This document shows positions 39,001 to 50,500 of a stretch of DNA of 64,000 nucleotides, piece after piece; positions within the stretch are counted from its first letter, which is position 1; each line of letters starts with the position of its first letter. Below the pieces are notes generated by a model that saw only the letters and a list, made by a program, of their open reading frames with translations, was not told the origin of the DNA and ran no database searches. Location: positions 13,392,001 through 13,456,000 of the forward strand of contig NC_088857.1 of the NCBI RefSeq assembly GCF_963853765.1. The letters are read 5' to 3'. Source of the DNA: Magallana gigas. Its lineage: Eukaryota. The translations under genes and the position numbers were made by a program.

Positions 39001-42000
39001 TAGGCAGTTCGTACATGAATTTGCGTAGATCATCACTTTTGTGAATAAATTTGTCAATTCATAGTCCCCAGGGAAACAAAACAGTAATTAGGTTTGTTAC
39101 TGACTGACTTCAGTAATATATCGGGTTGATCAATATCATAGATGTTGAGGCGAAAGTATTGTGCATGTTTTTAAGAAAGTTTCTCACTCAAGGTACTTTT
39201 TCGTTTTAGATATATACTTTAATCGACGTACATATAAGTAATTGTGCCTGACGTTATTTCATATGATTTTTTTTTCACTTGAAATTTCATGTATAATTCA
39301 TATGAGGCATATTTTTTCATGATATGAAATGTTAAATTTGATGAATACTTTACACTAAGGTTGTCACGGACATTCCTTGTTGACCTTATTACCCGAAGTA
39401 TCTCATGATTTTGGAATAAATCAAAAGATGTCATTTGGGACATTTTTTTCTACATCAAATGTTCTAATAGGAATTGTCTATGAGTAATTTGTAGTTGATT
39501 TTTGTGCTCTTAATTACAAGACAGTTTGAAAATTTGATCACATTTTAAAGGACAATGACATTTGATAAGCAGACAGAGTGCATTATGTAATTCTAAATTT
39601 AATTTCTGTATTTGTGTGTTTGTACTAACCTAGGGATCAGAACATTGTACCAGACGTATAGTTGCATTTAAAACCAGACGACTGATCGCACTACAGACAC
39701 GCCAATTAATGCAAAAATAGACAGGTCTCTCTTTTCTCTTTAACTATGTCAATTGCTCTTCAAGATGGAAGTAATTGGAGACCATCACCTTTTAGATAGC
39801 CGTATTGAAGTCTTTATCTTAAAATACCAAGACCCAATGTATGTAAACAAGGAATTTCTTTAAATGTTTTTGTTACATGTATTTTCGTTTTAACTTCAAT
39901 AGATAAATTACTGGTAATTGTAAATGTATATAGTCGGACTTTGAAGCCAAGCATATGAAACGTCTTGTGTATTAGAAACTTACTCTGCATAGCAATAGGA
40001 ATTACTTTCACGTAGGCATATGGTATTTCAGGTATGTAATTCACCGGTAAACATCTCAGTTCTTTTGCAACATCAAAGGTCGTTGTCCTGTTATTCCGAA
40101 AAGACAAACAATCGGAGCAGACGACAACGAACTTTTCTAGCACCCCCTGTTTATCTACCGGAAACTGCCAGTCAACCCAAAACCCAGAGTGCGATTCCGA
40201 CATAGCAGTGACATGAACCGGTCTCAGTACATCTGAAAGAAAAATATATGATCATGAATAAAGCCATATCATATTTATAGGCATATAAAATCTTAGATAT
40301 TAAAGGTAACTTTGCACTAAAGAATTGAAAAACGAATTGGAAAGGTGTCCTATGAAAGTTCTTTCTCTTCTTAATTTTAAAAAATTAAAGATCTTCAAAA
40401 CCTAAATATGGTCCCACGTGGTAGCTGACGGGAAAGAAAACGTCATCGTATGACCTGATTGTTACTTTCACAACGTGTTCCGTATCCGGTCGGACATCTG
40501 TGATTGTGAATGATGTTTTCTTAGTTTCTTTTTCTGACCGTTTGGAAAGGGTAACATTGGCGTGGTCTGTCCAGGTCACAATATACGACAAATGGTTTGT
40601 TTTTCTTATCTCTGGAGGTTCCCAGAACACAAATATTTCTGTGTCCGATATCCTTTGCGCACAGAGACTTCGAACTGCTAATACATCCGTATCTGCGACG
40701 AAATATTACATGCTAACGTTTACGATAATGCAAAATAGAAACTGCAAAATAATTTCGGGTTTTTTAAAACTAAAATATTCGATTATACCTTTGACGATTG
40801 CTCTGGTTCTTATGTTTGCATAAACTAGATGTCCGTGTTGTTTTCGTTCCTTTCCAATAACTGGTGTTACCTGGAATCTATACTGTGTATTAGGTTCTAG
40901 GTTGGCAAATTCTATTCGAGAATTTGATTGGAATACTTCTTTCACTTTTTGAGAGCCTTTGAAACACTCCACGTGAAACTGAACCTGGTCTTCTTCGTGA
41001 TAACGCGGCGGTGTCCATTCAAGAATAACTTCTCTGGACGAATTCTCTGTCACCCGAACACTTCCATTTGTCATGGAAGGAACTAAAATTGTTTAAATTT
41101 AATGAATTAATCGTTGGCGCAAGAGCAAACTATTTTTTCTACCAAATTGGCGACATATTTGGTAAACAGTTTTAAATATATTTCAATTCGTGTCCTGTAT
41201 ACGCGAACTTGCAATCCAAACCAAATGTTTGATAATTTAAAATGACGAAAAAGATAAAATTTGTTTTAGAAATTTATAATAGTTAATTAAGGTCCGACCC
41301 CCCCCCCCCTCCTCCGAAATATGCTTAGATAATGTAAAAAAAAAAACCCTGAATAAAATGAGAAAGTGATACCTCTGTTTACGTGGACGTGTATGATGTC
41401 AACAAAAATAACTTTGGGTTTGTTTCCAAACTTGTCTTTGGTATGTTTGTAAATTTCGATGAAGGGAATAAACTCTTCGTCACTCCCGTAAAAGCCGTAA
41501 TAATCTCCAAAGCCGATGATGACACACACGAACATTTCGAATCCTTCAAACACTTTACTTCTATCTAGTGCCTTAAACCATTCACGAATTTTCTCCCTTG
41601 GCTGATTCTCAAGCTTGACAACAGTTTTAAAACGCAATGTTTTGTCATAAAAGTCAAATATTTCCCCTGAAAACAATATTTCAAGTTTAATTATATTCTA
41701 AGCAGCTAATTACCAGATAACGCATATAGATTTAAGAAAAGATGATTTTATTATCAAACGAGAAAACTTCATATGGATGTTTTGGTGATTTTTGATGTAG
41801 GAATTGATTTTCTGCCTGATATTCGAAAACATAAACCAACAATTTAAAGATTTTTTTCTTTTACTGAATGGTACGAATAAAAGAAATAAAAGTTCTTACT
41901 CGTTTTCACGCTTTGCTCAGTATGCATTCCGTCTTTATAGTCATTTACTATGATAACACACAGTTCTACAATTTAAGCAAAAATAAATTGTAAACGACGA

Positions 42001-42156
42001 AATAAAAAAAATTAGATTTGTGTCACTTTATGGTATTCAGCATTTAGACTTCTATACTTCTCTGGTCATATACAACGGGGGAATGTGGAGGGGAAAGAAA
42101 TTCACTTTCTTCAACGAATTCAAGACGTCTATCTACATTTAAATTTGAACAAACAA

Positions 42157-42238
<82 letters not shown>

Positions 42239-45200
42239 AGGCAAGAACGCATTTGTGTTTCTAGAACTGAATGCACTACTTCCTGAAGTGTGGGGAGCGT
42301 ACCTGTGCAAGCATGCGTTTGTTCTGCAGGAGAAATGACTTTGTCGCACAGTGCAGACACTTTCACCTCGTAGTCTGTCTCGGGCGTCAGGTTCTTGATG
42401 ATATAGACTTGCTTACTGCTCTCACCCCTCCGCCATCCTTTCTGTTCGCCTTTCTTTCTCCATTGTATTATGTACTGTATTCCGTCGAATTCATCCTTAA
42501 GTAACGTGTCCCACGTGACCTTCATCTCTTTACATCCTGGTGTCACGTTTAACTTGTGGACTCTTGGAATCTTGTAGTTGTTTTTCCGTATTGGTTTCCT
42601 TTCTGTTGGGATTAAAAAAAAGGTCTTTGTTAAAGACCACTTTTTTGAATTATTGATATTGCTAAGTCCGTTTGATTCACAATAGAAGCTCACCCTGAAC
42701 TGTTCTTGGGGAAGGGAGTACAAAAGTCTTTTGATGGCGGTCTGGCTGGTCAGTGACTTTCACTCCCCCTTCCTTTCCTTGCATCTCGAGACCCCCTTCT
42801 TCTTTTTCCAAGGAATCTTATTGATAAATTAAACTACATGTAGTTGATTTTGATACAATACACTGATTTAATAATATCATGAGGGTTTTGTACTGTGCTA
42901 CATAAAGATGATACATATGAAGCTATGCCAAAGAATTCATTTATAATATTGCACGTATTATTTTGCAAAGTAAGATCATGTAAAAATTCGTATTTGATAT
43001 CAGTGATAACAACGTTATCAATGACAAACGACACGCACGATTCTGATACACGAACGATCGCGCACTATACACGAACGATCGCGCACGACACACGAACGAT
43101 CACGCAGAATACATGGACAATCTTTAACTTACTAAATTATCACGATACACAAACGATAAGGATAAAAAACGCAAACGAATGATTTTACACCATTGAACAC
43201 GCAAAATGAAAAATATTTTTTAAGATTAGAATTAAGAAAACGTATCGATTTAATATGTTTTACAATGCCTGTGTTTTATTGAAAAGCGGCATGTACAATA
43301 TCTATGCACTAATTTATTTTTACGAAATAAGCGATAAGATAGGATTCACATACAAATTAAATTGTTTTGTCCCTATAACGAATTAATGTAAAGTTTTATC
43401 ATAAGGTGAAGAAAAGTAAGTGTAGAAGTAAAGATACTGCATAATCTTCACGAATTAATTTTAAATTACACACGAGTTGATGTTTATGTAAATCTAAAGT
43501 AGTGGTTTTTAAGAGAGATGGAGTAGTTGCAGGTACAGAAAAATGGACGTTCATTAGGAAACCTATGGGTGTGGAGACTTATTACAAGTATCTTGGTCTC
43601 ATATTTTCCTGTAGACTGAAATGGGTCAAATGTTGTAAGTCACTTGCACCACGGGCACAAAAAGCATTAGATATGTTTTAAAAACTCCTTTAAAATCCTG
43701 AATAACCGTGAACCTAGAGTGTGTTTTAAAATTTTTGATAGTATTATTGTTCCTATTCTAACATAGAGATCAGAAGTGTGGGGAACTGATATCATTGAAG
43801 AGGCTGAAGCTGAACAGAGTGACTTCTGTAAATGGATATTAAGAATAAACATAAAAGCTACTAATATAATGGCTTGGGGAGAATTTACGTTATAGACATG
43901 ATAAAACAAGTGAAATACTGGTTGAAAATACCAAACAAGAGGCCAATAGGCCTGAACGGTCACCTGAGTACCATAGCCCAAACCCAAAGTTGTGGAGGAG
44001 TGTCATAAATGCATTTAATTGAGTTCACTCCCTGCCTGCATTCTCTTAATCCTATATGTTTTCAAAGATAAACTATAACAAGTATACTACTTATTACTTT
44101 ACTATTATAAAGTCTACATGTTTATTTTAAGAAATTTAAAAACTGGTTTTGTTTCAAATGATAAAAAACTTGCATCACTATTTTGATCATACACCTTCTT
44201 TATTACATTATTATCTAATGATTAATTACTGAATATGAACAAGCCAAGGAAGATAACTCCATTTTGAAGAAGCAAGGGAAGATAACTTCATTAACTGTTA
44301 TACTCCTTTTCCCTGAACTCCTTTCAAATGCTTTCACAATATAATATCAATAACTTTGATGGACAGCTTCATTATTTTTCTGTTCTAAACATGTGAATTA
44401 ACTCATTTCTTTTATTGAAATTCCTGAGCAGAATAAAATAAGACAAATACATAACCCTCTTCCCAGCCATAACCCTTGCCTTACATGCTGGTGACAAAAA
44501 ATATTATTAAAGATGACAGGATAATTTTTTCCTAAATATGCAGCTAGTTTTTATTCCATGATCTGTGTATGTAGATAAGATTTTTAAACATTATGTGTAT
44601 TAACACTATATGGCCATATTGCACCCCCCCCCCCCTCCGACTTGAACCCCTGACCCAGGGGCCATGAATTTCACAATTTAAGTAGATGAGTTTGTGGACA
44701 TCATAATCATGCATTCAGTTTTTTCCCAACATATGTGAATAGAGAATGTTTTCTAAGATATAATACATTTTCACTATATGGCTTAATCGGCTCCGCCCAT
44801 GGGCCTCAAATCCTGTCCCAGGGGTCATGAATTTCACTATATAAGTAGAATAGTCAGTGGACATCATAACCATGCACTCAGGTTTTTTCAAATATATATG
44901 GGATTAGAGAAGACGATTTTCTAATAATTAATACATTTTCACTATATGACCAAAGTGACCCCACCCTATAGCCTGAACCCCTGATCCAGGGCCTATAAAT
45001 TTCACAATTTTAGTAGAGGGCTTCATGGACATCATAATCATTCCTCACATATGTGGGAGTAGAGAAAAGGATTTTTGAAAATTTAGCTTTTTTGCACATT
45101 TTGCCCCTTCTGTGCCCCCCCCCCCCCCCCCCCCAGGAAAGGTAGAGCCATAAATTTCATAATTAAGAACCCTCTTACCATAGAGATGCTTCACACAAAA

Positions 45201-45297
45201 ATGGTAACAATTGGCCTTGTGGTTTTCAAGAAGAAGTTAAAAATGTAAAGTTGTTACTCACAACGCACAAACGCACGACGATAGACGAAGACCAACT

Positions 45298-45329
<32 letters not shown>

Positions 45330-47423
45330 GCAAATGAAAACTTCAAGATACCCAAGACAGTGTTTTGAGATGCTTTATAATTTGGATTTGTGCAGCAGTC
45401 GTTCAGCTCCAAACTGGGTATCTGAACTGAAATCAGTCTCAAATCACTACGGCTTTGGGAACGTGTTGTTAATTGGTGGACCTGGAGATCCAAAGGCCTT
45501 TCTGTCAGAATTGAACCAAAGGATGAGAGACTGTGCCTCTCAGAAATGGAAATGACAGTTAGCAAATTCACCAAAGTGTGCTTTCTATGTTATATCAAAA
45601 AAAAACCCAGCTTACATGTGAGAGTTGCCTCTCTTTCCTATGCTACCCCTTAAAACAGGCATTGGCTTCTTTTAGGTGTTCCTTACACAAACTACGTATC
45701 GAAGAGGCTAGATTTGAGGGAATTGATAGTGTAGATGAATTATATCAGCTTTGCAACTTAAGACAAATTGTCAATGAAATACATTTTCAATTTCACTGTC
45801 TAAAGTTGGATGACTTAAGAAAGAATTTTCTAAAAGAAACAGCCAAATCGTCTCCTATGAGACGTTGAGTCTGACATCATCATGATTATTCACGCAGTCC
45901 GTGATTTTTCTTAAGCGGCTGAAGGTTACGACCAATTTCAAAATATTTCAGTCCTGTCAGTTTCTTGTCAGTTTCAGCCGCTGTAGATTTCGACCAATCG
46001 ATGAAGGGGCGCGTAGAATTCAGTTTGGCCGTTTCTAAAGAGCTATGAATTTACGAAAGTTTCCGTAAGAAATAGAGGAAATCATACTCGGTAGATTTAA
46101 ATATATGAATATGATGCCTAAAGGAACAGTGGGCAATGGCCTTTAAGTACCAAATAAACATCTTATCCCTCTGGTATTTATTTAGTCCGATTTTCTACGT
46201 ACGATTTAATTATGCAAATTGGTAAGTTTGTTACCTTGTTTCAAAGACTTTCGATTTTACACATTCCATTATCAATTGATTGAATTCTATTTATTTTAGA
46301 TTTGAAAGCGTCTTAGTTTTAAATTATAATTAATGGTTAAACAATGTAACAGAGGTATACTTGACCGCTTTCATTTAACGCGTCTCTCTTGCTCTACGCA
46401 GACTGATAATAATTAAATGCATGTGTCAAGATACAAGGGGTGCTTTATTTATACTAATAACAAAATCATGCAAAATTGAATCGACCGATCAAACGGTTAA
46501 TGAGCTGTTGAAATACTTACTAAGAGATAAAAATTAAAAAGGGTTAGTGCCAACGTGATACATAAATGTAAACAATTGTCAATATTCTTCTATACAAGTT
46601 CGAAATCACATTTTTGCATTGTTTAAAAAACTACTCGTTTTTTTTTAAGGATAAATCCTGGCATTCCGTAGAAAAGGTACAAAACGAAAATAAACCACAC
46701 GATCACGCACGGAAAAACGCAAACTTATTTTTCTGATAAATTGATCATCCCGCACGATACCGGAACGACCCCCCCCCCCCCCCCCCCCCGGTACACGAAC
46801 TTTTTAACACGATTTGTTTTTCAACAATCACGTTGTTACCACTGTATCCATTTACCTGTTTTAAAAAATTAGTAATCATTCGTATACTTTCAAAACAGGT
46901 AAAATATATTGGTTGTTTAATTAGTCATTGCTTAAAGAGTGTCTAAATAGCATGATAAAGGATTTTATTTGTATTACTGATTGGTGCAATTATCGCAATT
47001 TACTGCGTTGAAAGTCAACAGTTTTAAAGGTTTATTGGGACACAGCCTATCTGAACGCAAAACATGACATTTCAACAAATGAGTGATTGGGAGAAACCAG
47101 CAATGCACAGGGATGTACATGTACATGTACATGTTGGACGGCCATGCAACTTTGTTTCGAAAATCATGGGCCAGGTTACAAAGCTGTCCTAAGATTCACC
47201 CTGAGATATGTCTTAAGACTATCCAAAGGTTAGACAAATGAAAACCTTTTACAATACCGTGGACCCGGATCCCGTATTTTCCGCGCACACTTGCGGTCCA
47301 AATTGCAACGCTGTTTAAACATCTGTCTCAGGTAAAAACCGCGTGCCCCCGCGGTTCAATCGTCCATTGATAATTTTTTTTGATAATTTTTTTGATAAAA
47401 AAATTATAATTTTGTCATGTTGT

Positions 47424-47461
<38 letters not shown>

Positions 47462-47494
47462 TACAACATGACAAGTTGTCATGTTTTAAATTTT

Positions 47495-47525
<31 letters not shown>

Positions 47526-50500
47526 ACAACATGACAATTTGTTCGACAAATTGATTTCAACCAGCTCTATAGAATGACTAGTTGTAGCTTTATATAAAAA
47601 AACAATGTGGCATGACGTCGACGTTGTCTCACAAGTATCACAAATCTATTCAAACTTAGACTTATTTTAATAAAAAATGATTTTTACGATTTTTTTGGAT
47701 ATATTTAAAATTTTAAAATGCACTGGTAACGGGTTTAATTATACATTAGTTGTGTTAACGATATTAATGAATAAAAAAAAATATACTTATATCGTGTCTA
47801 ACACTCTAACGAATTAAATTTTGAAACCGGTGAAAAATAAGACTGAAATATCTGATGTTTTCCTGTTTTTCTTAAACGGTTTTGATATATTACTTGTACT
47901 AACTTATAAAACGTTAGAACCGGCGCCATTAAATAAACTGGAAATTCGCCATTTCCTCTGTGATTTCACTTCTGTAAAAAGACTTCGAAGATAAAATAAA
48001 GAGTATACCTTATTAGTACATTCAGTTTTGCGGTTGTGGTTAGTCAGAAACATTGTATTTTATACGCATGCCCAGATCGCATTTTCCATTATTATACAGC
48101 TTGTGGAAAGAGAGAAAAAAATGCTTAAAGCTTACGACCAATTTTGAAATCAATATAGAAATCGTACATAGATATAGCTAACATAAATTTAAATCTTTAT
48201 CAAATGTTTCTCAATTTCATGATCTTAATGATAATGATTTTAACTCTTTGTCCGGGGATTTAAGAAACCCACCATTGCTGTTATAGTCAAATTATTTCAT
48301 GCGCTTTGTCTTTAAATATCTGTTAATCTGAGCATCTTGTGCATGCAATGAGTTTAAAGGGACATGGGGATAATAGGTGCAGAAACCCCGTGTCCATCAG
48401 ACACATCACAGTACATTTGATAACAAATGATTTAATAACAGGAATTTGTTGTATATGCATTAAGGTATTACGTTAATAATTTTGGTAGGTTAATTTTGTA
48501 AGTTTTAGCGTCTCTTACATTGTCATCTGTCAAGGTTTGTTAATGTACTAACTAACCTATTTCTGATACATCATATTTTGATTTAACATCATAAAACATA
48601 CCAGATTTTTCTCTAGTTGTCTCGAGGTCCATTACAGATGGTTTACTAGAGAAATACATAAATCTCTATAAATTCGATCGCAATAGCATTAGCATACTTT
48701 ATTGGTTATCACTTTTTTGTTTCGAATAAAAATCAAATCTTTAGACAGAAATGAAATAATATTAACTTACTTAGTACATTTTAGAAAGAGCTATCGCATC
48801 CAAATTAATCCGGGCCTCTTTCCAAATGAGGATGGATATTGAGCCTAGCTTCATTTAATATCCAAATCTGTTTGTGATTGGTCGATTTACTGGCCTGATT
48901 ACCAATATCTATATATCAAATTTCAATTATCTTAAAGTGGCCATTGTGTGTGCTTCCCGCTTTTTATACAACCACGAAGCGGTTTAAACCTTTAAGAGAT
49001 AAATGTAGCATACGCCATGATTCTATATTTCGAGGTAGAAGGGAAAATAAAAGGAGACTTTAGTACTCTTCTATCTAGAAGCATTAGATTTACTTTGTGG
49101 CAATTGATAGATCCAACAGTGATGGTACATGGCACATAAACAATGTATTGCATATGTTACTATCCTTTTGTGTTGTGGGAATAAGAGATATGTTTTATAG
49201 AGAGGCATGCATATTGAAAATAACGACCAAAAATAGAATAGACTAGATCTCGTTACGAGTAACGAGTAGGTCTTCCGTCCGATTTTGGTTTATATGATAC
49301 AATGAAATATCGATACTCTCTGCCAAATCTGGGATCCTGGTGAAACTAGGTTTTTTGTCTCGAGACCGGAAGCGGACGAACAAAAGTGATTCATGAAAAC
49401 ATAAGCTGTTTTTTTTATACATTTGCTTAGTGCACATAACTGTTTATCATGCTAGATGAAACACCAAAGACTATCGGTTAAACTTGTCAAAAACATGAAC
49501 TGTTTGAACTCTTCTGGTGAGTACCGGAAGTGACAATTGACAGAATAAAACCCGTTAAACACATCTTCAATCAATTGTCTATAATTCATAAAAGTTCGTG
49601 TTCATTCACTTACAGTGACTAAAATCTCGCGGGTATCAAATTTGTAAAAAGGAAAGGTACCTAAGATATTTGATAAATCTCACCGGAAGTGGAATATGTT
49701 TGTTTATTTAGCATATATAAGATCGTGTAATTATAGAGCGATATTTATTCCATGTAAAAAAAAATAAGGAAAAAAAGGTATTTTAAGTGCTTCCGGTGAC
49801 GACTGGAAGTGACGACGATTTAAACAAAATAATGTAAACACGGATACATACTTAGGGTTATCATCCTACAAAGTTTGGTTGTTCATCACCGTTTTTTAGA
49901 TCTCGTGGAGTCATTGTTTTTTTGTCTCTTGACAGGAAACGGACAAACGGAAATGCTCAGTGAAAATAAAAAGTTAGTACTTCTTAAACATTAGACACTT
50001 GTACTTTATTGTTTATAAATTTTACTAAAATTGTCAAAGAAAAACAGTTAAAAACAGTTAAAACTTTCAAACAGCTTGATTTGTTTGAACCCTTCCGGTG
50101 AGGACCGGAAGTGACGGTTGAATGAAATGCTATTAAAATGAAAGCTATTAAACGCATTTTCTACCGAATGTCTATTATCTACATAAGTTTCGTGTATTAA
50201 TCACTTGACTGTCTTAGATCTCGTGGGTAAAACATTTATTAAAAAAAACGCTTTCTGAGATATTTGAGATATTTCACCGGAAGTAGAATTTTTTGTTTTT
50301 ATTTAACATCGGATACATGGCATATGTAAGGATTATTACTTATATTTCAATTCTATATGAACCAAATTAAATGCAAAAGAAACAATAATTTTTGAAGGGC
50401 TTCTGGTGACGACCGGTTATTATGACGAACAAAACAAAATAGTTTAAAGACATCTACAACTATAGGTCTATAATCCTACAAAGTCTGAATGCTCAAGTTC

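Larger units (their letters stand above)
43001..46844. mobile_element. Composite 3.8-kb DNA-transposon-like element in an intron of gene A
   Basis: Inverted termini CAGTG(A/G)TAACAACGT at 43001 and 46844, TAT on both flanks, and repeated subterminal CACGAACGATC motifs. Confidence 0.55.

Noticed and set aside
39814-39983. C-terminal 56 codons of ORF 39814..40203 as coding
   Set aside because: A strong CAGA|gtaagt donor at 39983 and the in-phase micro-exon 38562-38618 complete the FN3 more plausibly.
42603-42816. In-frame TGA at 42760-42762 upstream of ORF 42139..42723, suggesting gene A is a pseudogene
   Set aside because: Exon 42694-42816 is read in another frame and spliced (G|gtgagc...cag|) into the FN3 exon, so there is no stop in the model.
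46850-47050. Possible extra gene A exons (46856 donor; 47004-47050)
   Set aside because: Their phases are incompatible with the phase-1 acceptor at 42816.
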